Below are positions 48,855-59,197 of a DNA stretch of 64,000 bases, in pieces (the stretch's first letter is position 1; every line of letters starts with the position of its first letter). The notes below the pieces were generated by a model. The model worked only from the letters and a program-made list of their open reading frames with translations. It had not been told where the DNA came from and searched no databases. The DNA comes from Mayamaea pseudoterrestris (lineage: Eukaryota): assembly GCA_027923505.1 (NCBI GenBank), contig BROI01000006.1, positions 682,001 through 746,000 of the forward strand. The letters are read 5' to 3'. A program made the translations under genes and the position numbers.

Positions 48855-49601
48855 TTAGAATTTAGCAAGGATATCAGCCATTCTCACGACTCTATATTCC
48901 TGGTCACCAATCTCAACTTCATTGCCAGCAAAATCCCGAAACTTGACCGTGTCATCCGCCGCAACCTCCATGGGCATGAGCTCTCCATTGGCAGCCATGC
49001 GACCCGGTCCAACCTTGACCACCTTGCCAGTACTCGGCTTGGCATCGCCCTTGCCAATCTTGGCAATCAGAATTCCTCCCTCTGTCGTTTGCTCCTTTGT
49101 GTCGACCTGCACAAGTACATTATCATTGACAACCTCTACATTGTCAAGCGTAAGTGTTTCACCATTGAATCGCACCAAAATGTCATCATCCCGAATCAAT
49201 GTATGCGGAACGCCGTCAATATCAATTTCCGTTCCATCATATTTTCCGTAAACAACGCCATTACCCTTGGTGACTGGCATGGGAAAGGCAACGCCAGAGT
49301 CTTGATGAACGCGTCCTGGCCCCGTGGAAACCACCGTGCCAAGTGTTTTGCGAATCTTGGCCTTGCCAGTCAGCAATATTCCTCCCTCGGTCACTTCCTG
49401 AGCATCGGCGACTCGGACTAGAATAAAGTTATTGAGGGGAGAAACATCGCCCTTGATTTTGCGGCCTTCCAGTGTGGATGCAGCTGCCAGTGATGTCGAA
49501 CTTGTTCGTCGTACGCATGATTGTTGTTGCGGCGTGACGGTGAATGATTGTGCAGCGTCAAAAATTGCTGTCAGCAGCAGAAACGTTGGTGCAAACTTCA
49601 T
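48855..49601 (-). CDS. CPN20: Plastid co-chaperonin Cpn20 (two tandem GroES domains)
   Basis: TEGGIL..G.VV..GPGR occurs twice; bipartite presequence ends at AQS-FTV. Confidence 0.93.
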   Translation of the reverse strand: MKFAPTFLLLTAIFDAAQSFTVTPQQQSCVRRTSSTSLAAASTLEGRKIKGDVSPLNNFILVRVADAQEVTEGGILLTGKAKIRKTLGTVVSTGPGRVHQDSGVAFPMPVTKGNGVVYGKYDGTEIDIDGVPHTLIRDDDILVRFNGETLTLDNVEVVNDNVLVQVDTKEQTTEGGILIAKIGKGDAKPSTGKVVKVGPGRMAANGELMPMEVAADDTVKFRDFAGNEVEIGDQEYRVVRMADILAKF

Positions 49602-49962
49602 ACTTTGACTAATCACGTATGTAGGTGCAAATAGCGGTTGGTTGACGTAGGGTGCGGCTATAGTGCTGCGATGGATCCGATGGAACAAGCCGCAAGCGAT
49701 GAATGATCATGGTGCCTCCGCCATCCATCACGCGAATGTGCGTCAGTGCGTGACGTCAATCAGTAACGCTGTGACTCAAAATCAGCAACCATTGCTACCG
49801 TACGGTTACCTGGGAGTATGAAAGTGCTGAGAAATACTTACAGTACGTATTGCCATCATATGCGGACAACCTATGGAGCATTATTCAGTAATGCTGCTTA
49901 ACCGATGTCTCTATTCACGAGATGTCGTTGTAAAACTGGTTCTACACCAGCAACTTTGTGAG

Positions 49963-51945
49963 CTACATTATGCACGCATCCAATAGCCTTTGCCCAACGC
50001 CGCTCGACACCATGCGGAGCCTTGCCACCTCTTGCTCGTCGCGGACCGTTTCTCCCCGGTCCAATCGAAGCTTGCCCACGCCCGTGGCCTCAAAGTTGGC
50101 CAAGACGTGATCCACTTCCAGGGCGGAAAATCGAGGAATTTTGATGAGTTGAATATTGCTTGCAGTCCCTTCATTATCACTGCCCTCAACAAACTGCTGC
50201 TGCTTGGCATTCTCCGTCAACGCATCAGTAATTTTGCGGGCAACCGCGTGCGACTCTGTAACGCCCACGACAATGGCGCCTCGCTTCATGAGGCGTGGCG
50301 GCGGTTGGCTTACCAACGCAGCGTTCGTCGTGGCAATTCCCATGGCATCAAGGGCTGGCTGAAACAAGGATATTTGCTGATACGGAACAGGACGCTTGGC
50401 ATCCTCGTAATCACCGTGGTAGTAATAACCCTTTTCAAAATAGCAATTAAATTCGTCCATCACCATGTAAAAGTCAACTTGGTCTTGCATCATGAGTGCT
50501 TCAACGACAGCTGAAAAGGCAATGGGAGCATGCGAGACTTTGGAAACGCCGTGCTGCAGCAAATCTGTAGCTGAAACATCGCCATCATATCCGAGTTGCG
50601 TCAGCTGCTCGTCAGTAGAAAACTTTGCCAGTATCTCCTTGGAAACCATGATGGAATTCAAATCATCTTCGTGGCTCGTCAGCAAGTCACTACAGACATT
50701 CTTAGATAGCACTGGCAAGTCAAACAGACCCGGTTGCTTTTCATTTGGTTCCATGTAAAAGCCATTCTTGTGCAAGTCATCTCCGTTGGGCATGTACAAG
50801 ACAATGGCACCAGATGTTCGCGCCGCCGCCACAATGGTAGCAATCGCCGCCGTCTTGCCCACACCTTGCGGTCCGTGCACGTAGATTCGTTGCGTCGTGT
50901 CATCTTGGAGCGCCTGCGCCATGCGGCGCGTTGACTGTCGAAGGAGGATGCGCTTGGTGGTTTGATATGCGGCCAGCTCCCAGTCCTCCACCATCATGCC
51001 AACCGTGACGGCGTGCTGGCCGGGACGAGGCTGGAGCGGATAAAGTATCTTTGGAACGACGCTGTCGCTCTTGTCTTCGGTGACGTCCGCACAATCCATG
51101 AATATTGGCAATGCATCGGCATCGGAAATGGCGACGACACTTTCCTCTGCATTGTTTGCATCATCTTTTGCTCCCGACGCAGCGTCCACCAAAGTCTTGT
51201 TCGCATCATCTTTTTGTACACTCCTCAGAAACTCCTCAAGAGCCCGCTCCACCCACTTGGCAAAGCTCGGATGCTTGCCCAAGATTTCCTCCTGCAACAC
51301 CAGCTGCGTCTCAATGTCTTCAAACAAAACATCCACGGCATCCTGCTTGGCTTGCCAGTCTTGGAGCGCGCGAATGGCGCCCACCCGCGGCGCCGCCAGT
51401 TGCTTGACTTGGTCTAAAATGTATTGGTACTGGCGTCGCTGGCGCTGCAAAGCGTAGAGCTTGTGATCCGTTTCCGTCAATGTTGGATCAGCACCAGGCA
51501 ACGGCATGGATGCAAGCTCCGAGAGTGTTGGAATTAACGTGCTATTGTATCGAGCCGAAGTCGTTCGATTCTCTACATTTGTTGCTTCAAAGATGCGAAT
51601 CCTCTCCAAACTGGTTCGTGAAACGTGCTCCGCGCTCCATTCGGGAAGCGTGTCGTAACTCACCGTCGGACTTTCCAGCATGTCGGTCAAGTCCCAGGGA
51701 TCCTTGGGCGGAGACCACTCGCGTTCCAGCATGGTGTTAGCTACGGATGCTGATGCTGATGCACTGCTCTTGTTAGCGGTCTGCGCGTAATTGTCAGAGT
51801 CTAGCATGGGATGCTGCCTCGATGAAAGATAACGAAGAGCGACCATGCGAGTGGTGCGCGACGAAGGATGCGCGGCGCGGCGCATGGCGCTGCTAATAAC
51901 TTTTCTTTGCATTGATCCAACATTGAAAATTCGAGAGCTCAGCAT
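49963..51945 (-). CDS. Mitochondrial small-subunit ribosomal protein mS29/DAP3-like
   Basis: R/S-rich presequence, P-loop HGPQGVGKT, IVLYMP, Walker-B-like VMDEFN and C-terminal IPRFSALE..MVSSG. Confidence 0.75.
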   Translation of the reverse strand: MLSSRIFNVGSMQRKVISSAMRRAAHPSSRTTRMVALRYLSSRQHPMLDSDNYAQTANKSSASASASVANTMLEREWSPPKDPWDLTDMLESPTVSYDTLPEWSAEHVSRTSLERIRIFEATNVENRTTSARYNSTLIPTLSELASMPLPGADPTLTETDHKLYALQRQRRQYQYILDQVKQLAAPRVGAIRALQDWQAKQDAVDVLFEDIETQLVLQEEILGKHPSFAKWVERALEEFLRSVQKDDANKTLVDAASGAKDDANNAEESVVAISDADALPIFMDCADVTEDKSDSVVPKILYPLQPRPGQHAVTVGMMVEDWELAAYQTTKRILLRQSTRRMAQALQDDTTQRIYVHGPQGVGKTAAIATIVAAARTSGAIVLYMPNGDDLHKNGFYMEPNEKQPGLFDLPVLSKNVCSDLLTSHEDDLNSIMVSKEILAKFSTDEQLTQLGYDGDVSATDLLQHGVSKVSHAPIAFSAVVEALMMQDQVDFYMVMDEFNCYFEKGYYYHGDYEDAKRPVPYQQISLFQPALDAMGIATTNAALVSQPPPRLMKRGAIVVGVTESHAVARKITDALTENAKQQQFVEGSDNEGTASNIQLIKIPRFSALEVDHVLANFEATGVGKLRLDRGETVRDEQEVARLRMVSSGVGQRLLDACIM

Positions 51946-52414
51946 CTTTAATGATCTTGTCGTCAATAAAATCAACTCTATATGATTTATATGTTATGGA
52001 GAATAGTGTGACGAGCTGGATGATGGATCCGTCATGGTCGCGTTGCGTGGACGTCAGAGGCTCATCAATGAGTACACTTATAGCGATACTAAATATGAAT
52101 ACATTACTTACCTGTTCCATCGCAGCGGTTCTGCCTAAGTAGAGCCGTGCGTGACATTTCAACGGTCGATTACTACCATGCGAGTCACATTTCGATCCCT
52201 CATTATTCGTGTCGAAAAAGTCGATCCAACGCATGGCAGTACTAGCGATTCCCTCCTTCGCGCAACCCTCGCTCATTCGTCAACGAGGCCATCGCTCGCC
52301 ACTGCCGCCGGGTCGTGTGTCGCCGCTCATCAATTTCCTGCGAGCATTCTCACAACAACAAGCATCGCTCACACGGGTTAACGAGGCATACAACAGCAAG
52401 CAACGACAGCAACA

Positions 52415-53458
52415 ATGATGAGCCATCAAGATCACCCAGCCTACTACTACTACCATCAGGAGACTCAGTATCAGCAGCAGCAACACCAGCTTCAGCATCA
52501 TCAACAGCAGGCTCAGCAGCAGCAGTCTCATCCTCCTCCTCCGCCAGCAAGTCTTCACTCTGATAGCAGCAGCCACCATCACCACCATCATCAGCAGGAG
52601 CAGCACCAACAGTCCCAGGAGGAGGAAGTCGCCTCGTTTCTTCTCAGTCTTAAGCATAACCACCGCTCCATTACTCCCGAGCCTGGCTCATCCTCCTGGT
52701 CGGAGAAGTCGCTGTCACCGCTCATTGACTATCATCAGCACCATGCGTCAGCTTCCCTCTCATCCATTGCCCAGAATCGCTTCTTAAGCACCCAAGCACT
52801 CGACATTCCAGTCGAGCAGCTTGTCCATCAGTCCAACTCGATGCTTGTCGCCCTCCAAGACATTGACCTTGTTCCAGACGCTCTCTTTTTAGCCATGGCC
52901 CAGATGGTTCCGACGCACATGACTTACCAAGACCGCGTCGGCTGCTACAAGTCGCGCGAAGTTGGCTATTTGGGCATGTGCTGCAAGCACTGCGGCGGTC
53001 AGCCGGGTTTTGGTCGCTTCTTTCCCAATTCTGTCCGCAGCTTGGCGCAAACCACCACGAGTCAAACCATTCTCAAGCATATTGGCAGCAAGTGTCGCCA
53101 CTGTCCGGAAGACTTGAAGCGAGCCGTGGCGCAGCTGCAGCGACTGCAGGAGCAGCGCGAAGCGGCCAGTGGACGTCCGCGGTATGGATCGCGCAAGGTG
53201 TTTTTTCAGCGCGTGTGGGATCGTTTGCACAAGCTAGATCGCGAGGCGCGTAGTGTTGGACATCATCGTCTTCATCATGGTTTGGTCATGGCGGCGAGTG
53301 AGCATTCCGAAGCGTCGTCCGCGGAGGATGCCAAGTATGACGATGCCTCGTCGAGTCAAACACCAAGCGAAGCTGATGATGATCAAACGTTGGAGGCTTG
53401 GCCGTCGCACGATGCCGAGGAATCTGCGGTTAGGAAGATCAAGTCCGAGTTGCCGTAA
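52415..53458 (+). CDS. Diatom hypothetical protein with a Cys/His domain and Q/H-rich N-terminus
   Basis: 347 aa; motif GMCCKHC..GRFFP..KH...CRHCP..GSRKVFFQRVW. Confidence 0.75.
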   Translation: MMSHQDHPAYYYYHQETQYQQQQHQLQHHQQQAQQQQSHPPPPPASLHSDSSSHHHHHHQQEQHQQSQEEEVASFLLSLKHNHRSITPEPGSSSWSEKSLSPLIDYHQHHASASLSSIAQNRFLSTQALDIPVEQLVHQSNSMLVALQDIDLVPDALFLAMAQMVPTHMTYQDRVGCYKSREVGYLGMCCKHCGGQPGFGRFFPNSVRSLAQTTTSQTILKHIGSKCRHCPEDLKRAVAQLQRLQEQREAASGRPRYGSRKVFFQRVWDRLHKLDREARSVGHHRLHHGLVMAASEHSEASSAEDAKYDDASSSQTPSEADDDQTLEAWPSHDAEESAVRKIKSELP

Positions 53459-53771
53459 CAAGTTTTGAGCGGTTTGCATGTAGGGGAATGTTTTCATGTT
53501 GTGCTTGGTGGCTGCTGAAACGATCAAACTTGATTTATACGCGCTCCTTGCCACTTTTATTCATAATTTAGTTACTTGTCATATCAAACTTTGTGTCTGT
53601 CTTGCATGACGTTCGTGAAACATATACGCAATGAATGCGCAGCAATGAAGCGGTCTACTCTACATGTATGTACAGCATGATATAAAAGAGTAACGAAACT
53701 TAGCTAGATATCAAACGAAATAAAGCAGTTTCACATGCAATGATGAACGCTAAACGCGAAAGACCCAAGAT

Positions 53772-54860
53772 TTACATCTTTTTCTTGACAATTTCCTGCA
53801 ACTTGCAAAAGTCCGCCGCAAAGTTGCGAATGCCGTCGGCCAACTTCTCCGTTGCCATTGGATCCTCATTCATCATCCAGCGGAACATCTTTTCGTCCAT
53901 GTCAATCTTTTCAATATCCATGAGCGCCGCCTTGCTCGCGTCTAGCTTCTTCTCAATCTTGTCCTCCGACGCAATGAGCTTGTCGACCAGATCTGGGCTC
54001 ATGGTCAAGCGGTCGCATCCTGCCAACTCAATGATTTGCCCAACGTTTCTAAACGACGCTCCCATGACAATCGTCGTGTAACCAAACTTCTTGTAGTAAT
54101 TGTAAATGCTCTGCACCGACAAGACACCCGGGTCTTCCTCCGGCTTGAACGAGTCCACGTTCTGGGCCTTTTTGTAGTAGTCAAAGATGCGACCGACAAA
54201 GGGGCTAATGAGCGTGGCATTCGCGTCAGCGCAAGCAATGGCCTGCGCCAACGAAAAGACCAATGTCAAGTTGCAGGTGATTCCCTCCTTTTCCAAAACC
54301 TTGGCAGCCTGGACACCTTCCCACGTGGCGGCAATCTTGATGAGAATGCGCGACTTGTCGACACCAACCTCCTTGTACATGTCAATGAGCGCGCGCGCCT
54401 TTTTGATGGTGCCTTCCGTGTCAAACGAAAGACGAGCGTCAACCTCGGTGGAAACGTAGCCAGGGACAATCTTGGTAATCTCCGTTCCAAAATTGACGGC
54501 AAGCTTGTCCTGTACAATGATACAGAGAGGATGGAAACGTGAGTCAATCAAGTCTCGCAAGTCTGCTAATAAGGTCGACCACAACAACATCCGGAACTCG
54601 GCAATGCCTCAATTGTTCAGAGTATCATCAAATCACTGCAAAGCACTCATGTCACGCACCATGACGCGCCCAACGTCTCCCTTGCCATATTTAATGGCAT
54701 CCTGGACAAGGTCAGCGTAATCCTCCATTTGCGCAGCCTTGTAGATCAAGCTGGGATTCGTCGTGGCATCCTGCGGCTGAAGGCGTTTGATTTGACCGTA
54801 GTCACCCGTGTCCACGACGCAAATGGTGTATTCTTTGAGTTGCTCGTACTGGTTCGGCAT
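53772..54860 (-). CDS. TAL1: Transaldolase (cytosolic type); intron 54510-54659
   Basis: [52 protein letters not shown] and MGASFRN. Confidence 0.96.
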
Positions 54861-55267
54861 GGTTGTAATTGTTGTTGTAGTTGTAATTGTTGTTGTAGTT
54901 GTAATTGCTCTTCGCAAACTTGTGTAATGAATTGAAAGTGAACTTGGAGCTTCACAGAAAGTTCGTTGCGGCCTGCGTCGACGAGATCTTGTTCCCTTTG
55001 GATCGTAAACGACCGGAAGAAGGTTCGATTTGACGTGCGCTGTTTGAGATCCCGCTTCTTTGGATCGCAATCGAACGAATGCAACGCGTCAACGAATCCC
55101 ATCGAAAAAGCGTCCCCACGAGTACCGCTAAGATTATTAGTACCGATCCGACATCGGGCGATCCATCTATTATTCTTGCCCACCAGCCACGGTATGTACA
55201 AAGTTAAGGACGACAAGAATAGCTCCCGCTGCAAGTTAAATTGATTTGCTAAGTAATGTAGCTGGGT

Positions 55268-56649
55268 TTAGGAGTGCTTGGGCCTCTCCAAAGCATCGAG
55301 GCACTCCTTCCAGACGGCATCTGCACATGGAGGTTAACCGGGAAATGAGCGTTAGCAACAAGAAGCAAACAACTACAAACATCTACATTTCTAGCGAGCC
55401 ACATATACTCACCCATATTTTGGTTGGCATTTACCGTGCGCACAACTCCCTTGGGCTTGTAGTGATCCAGAATTGGAACCGTGTCCTTGTGATAACCGTG
55501 CAGACGCTTGGTAAGTGCAGCAGCCGTATCATCCGGACGCTGGATCAACGGCTCGTGCGTCAAATCATCCTTCATGCTTGCCGGAATAGGCTCTCCCTTG
55601 CCATCAACCTTCATGCTCTTTGGCGGAGCAAACTTGACGTGGTAGCTACGTCCCGAACCCTTGTGAATCCATCGTCCGCAAATGCGCTCCTCCAAAACCT
55701 CGTCGGGCACTTGCAGTTCAATCACCTTGGTGACAAAGGCTCCCTCCTTGGCCAACATGGCGTCAAGGGCGCGCGCCTGCTTGAGCGTGCGTGGAAACCC
55801 ATCCAGAATGAATCCAAACCGACAGTCCGGCTGGTCAATCCGATCGCGAATAATGCCAATGACAATATCGTCACTCACCAAACCACCCGCCTTCATGATG
55901 GCGTCGGCCTTTTTACCAATCTCGGTTTGGTCCGTCACGGCCTGGCGAAGCATGTCGCCCGTCGATAGTTGCGGAACGCCAAGCAAGTGCTCAATCTTTG
56001 GTCCATGCGTTCCCTTGCCAGCGCCAGGAGGTCCAAAGAGAATGAGAATGTTGCGTGGCCTGAAATAGCGAAAATGCAATGCATGATAAATGCATGAGAG
56101 GATCGTTATAAACAACTAAGATGTGCCTAATGCGAAATTTCGGCAAAAAACACCTAGCAACCCTCTTCAATCTTACCAGAAAGCGCCAAACTTGTCCTCC
56201 GTCTCCTTGATTGCCTGTTCCACAGACTTGCTGCCGAACAAATTGTACGTTTTGTTCTAATGAGTTAAAGCAAAGGAAAATGTTAAAAGCATGTGGGTTA
56301 ACGACGTGCACTACGATAGGGTCATTCCTCGAAATGACTGTCGCATTCGTGCAAATGGAGCCCTTGATTAATGTAGCAACATCCATCCTCCGACGCCTAA
56401 CATTCAATCGTCCAGTCACTTTTACCCATCCCATCGCTATAGACTGCATCATTCAAAGCTCACCTCTGATCGTTCGTGCGCTACAATGGCGGCAACGGCG
56501 GCGAGTCCAGCCACCGTCACTAGAGCAGCATGATTGCTGGAACTGCTGCCACTAGACGCAGAAAATCGCGCAACGGTGGCAGCGGTCCGTTTCGGAGCTG
56601 CCGACAACTTGGTCGAAACTTGGCGGGAGGCGAAGCGAGCGGCCAACAT
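55268..56649 (-). CDS. Adenylate kinase with mitochondrial-type presequence, about 4 exons
   Basis: [30 protein letters not shown] region SGRSYH and QRPDD. First exon begins [10 protein letters not shown]; last exon reads [17 protein letters not shown]. Confidence 0.9.
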
Positions 56650-57214
56650 GGTGAAAATTGAAAATGATGTGTCGAGCGCGGATGGATGGTGAGGAAAACC
56701 GCTCCGACATGCATCCACGTGGAGGTTATGAATGCATGGATCGCCAAAAAAGGGCATGCACCTTCAAAATGGCTCAAAGGTTGCAAGCATTCGATGGACT
56801 ATGGTACGACTCTGACCATACCCTGTTCGTCAGCTTGTCCAATGCAACTCAGAAGCATACTGGTAGTAAGATCATTTATGCTGGTACAGTAGTATATCCA
56901 AATCATATTGCCAAATTCAATTCGCAAAACTGCATACAGTCGTACGCAATGACATTTTTGTGGAAGCACGAGTCAAAGGAAGAGTAGTTCACGGTTAAAA
57001 GCGTTAAATGAGTCCCGCAGGAGTATATAATTATTCCGCTGATTGCTCATATATGCACCATACTATAGCCCTTATTTCCGCCGGAAGAGAAACCAGAAAA
57101 AAGTGGTCGCGCGAAGGCGACGTCGGTGAAATTGCTGGCACCATGCTTGAGTAAACAAGATACACAAGCGAGCAACGACGCGTTACACAAGTATAAGAAC
57201 TTATGTTCCTCACC

Positions 57215-58264
57215 ATGACGCCTCCGATGGAAAGTAATACTCGCAAAAGCAAGTGCGGCGAGGTGGACATTAATGTTGACGTCCAACAGAGTCGTAGTAG
57301 CGGTGATCGTCCAGATGCAGCTGCTTCAACAGAGGAAAGAACTGCAGCTCGAAAGCGAGAGAAGGACGACGAAAGTGTCGCTTCTTCGTTAGGACGATCA
57401 AACGATAGTCGAAACCCAAAGCGCTTTTGTAATAGGAGCAATAACAAAGCCACGGTCAACAATGAGAACTCCAAGCTGCCTTCAATTGTGTTTATTGGAG
57501 TTGCGGCGTCAGCGAATCTTGACCATGACCAAGGCAAAGAAGACATGGATGATTCCAAAATGCCCGCCAACGCACCGGCGGTTCAAGTCAGGAACTTTGA
57601 ACTTACTGATCGCGCAAGATTGATGGGAAACGCGACCGCCCAGCAACAGCCTGATGCTCAAAGATCCAATTCTTTGGAAATGAATAACTTGGTAGATCGC
57701 CCCACCATTGATGACTCTGCTTTAGATTCATCACCGCCAGTTCTAGTTCAGCATGCGGTAGGATTTCAAGCCCGGCATTTTCGAACAAACTCAAGAAACA
57801 TTGATTTGCAGACCACCTTCACAAGCTTCACAGACGTCATGGAGACTGAAGGCGAACCTATTGCGCAGCATTTTACCAATAGAAATGACTTGCTGGCTCA
57901 AGTCAGTGACGAGGCCGGAAATCTCCAGCTAGTGACTCGCCAAGAGTCCAGAGCGGTTGCGTTTCGAGCTCGACATTCTCGAACGAATTCAAGGAACATT
58001 GATTTGCAAACCACTTTCACCAGCTTTTCTGACATTACGGAAACGGAGCCAAGCACAGTCAGTGTCTCACCTGCACAGCAGCCGGAAGGATTGAATGAGG
58101 CGCAGGCTTATCAGGAAAATCATCCCTTGTTGGAGCAAGAGACAAGAGCGGTTGCCTTTCGAGCGCGGCACTCTCGCACCAATTCGAGAAACATTGATTT
58201 GCAGACGACCTTTACCAGCTTTACAGACATTATGGAGACGGAGATGGTGAATCATCATCATTGA
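57215..58264 (+). CDS. Hypothetical disordered protein with three 32-aa repeats
   Basis: AV(A/G)F(R/Q)ARH(S/F)RTNSRNIDLQTTFTSF(T/S)D(I/V)xETE occurs three times, with mostly synonymous differences between copies. Confidence 0.75.
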   Translation: MTPPMESNTRKSKCGEVDINVDVQQSRSSGDRPDAAASTEERTAARKREKDDESVASSLGRSNDSRNPKRFCNRSNNKATVNNENSKLPSIVFIGVAASANLDHDQGKEDMDDSKMPANAPAVQVRNFELTDRARLMGNATAQQQPDAQRSNSLEMNNLVDRPTIDDSALDSSPPVLVQHAVGFQARHFRTNSRNIDLQTTFTSFTDVMETEGEPIAQHFTNRNDLLAQVSDEAGNLQLVTRQESRAVAFRARHSRTNSRNIDLQTTFTSFSDITETEPSTVSVSPAQQPEGLNEAQAYQENHPLLEQETRAVAFRARHSRTNSRNIDLQTTFTSFTDIMETEMVNHHH

Positions 58265-58400
58265 AGCCAGGCGGCAGCCATGACAATGACAATAAGTTGC
58301 CCTCGGATACATGTTCTTGCTCGTCTTCACGTCTCTATGCAGCTCTCATCTAATTAAAACAACCACGCATGAAAAATAAACCAAACAGATAACTAGCATA

Positions 58401-58985
58401 CTATATTAAACTCTCGACAATCGGTTTCACTCCAGCAAAAAGCCTTTCCTTGGTCACAATCGCAGCATCCAGATACGATTCGGCAGTCTGATCCAAGACG
58501 CGACGTTCATCCATGCCTTGTAACTGCTGCTCATGTCCTTGCGAAAGTCTTGTAAACACACTCTCTTCCTTTGGAAAATCCGGAAGAGTTTGATATAAAT
58601 GCTCCGGAAAACTTGTCGTTTTCTCTAAATGTTCCGCCAGCGCAGCGGCAAAGCCTTGATCATTGTAGTACGGCAAGTTTCCCTTGCTTGTTGGAACCAT
58701 ACTGCGGCCAGCCGATTGTACTATAAAGTCTAGCCGGGCTTGCTCTCTTCGAGTGGCTTCTAGACGTTCATTCTCCTTCTTTTGTTGGCCGGGCGACAAC
58801 AGGGCGGAAGATGGTAGTGCACCTTCTTGCAGCGCTGAGTTAACACTGTCGCTCTGCGGCTGAAATTGTCCATTGCTGCTAAGAATATATTGGTTGTTAC
58901 TCGTTAGACTCTCATGATCAGTATGTGTCTCGTCCAAGGCTTGTGCCTTCTTGGATTCGTCGCTACCGCAGCAAACGTTTCCCAT
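58401..58985 (-). CDS. N-acylated protein, LAMTOR1/Ego1-like candidate
   Basis: MGNVCC (myristoyl and palmitoyl consensus), REQARLDFIVQSAGRSMV, C-terminal VKPIVESLI; 194 aa. Confidence 0.6.
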   Translation of the reverse strand: MGNVCCGSDESKKAQALDETHTDHESLTSNNQYILSSNGQFQPQSDSVNSALQEGALPSSALLSPGQQKKENERLEATRREQARLDFIVQSAGRSMVPTSKGNLPYYNDQGFAAALAEHLEKTTSFPEHLYQTLPDFPKEESVFTRLSQGHEQQLQGMDERRVLDQTAESYLDAAIVTKERLFAGVKPIVESLI

Positions 58986-59197
58986 GGTGGCAGCAAAATG
59001 TGGTGGTGTCGATGGTTCTCGACCTCCGCCATCACATATGTCCCAGCGTAACTCGTCTACCGGGAGTAGCTATGCTGCTCCCGAGCATCGATTATTCGCT
59101 TCCTCTTGCTAAGTTGTTCCTGTACCTTCAACAGTACACATAAAATTGTAGCAACTGTTTCATTATCAACAGACATACAAGCAAACTATAGGTAATC

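Noticed and set aside
54862..54908. 18-bp tandem repeat before the transaldolase start
   Set aside because: An ordinary ACA-rich 5'-UTR minisatellite with no evidence of function.
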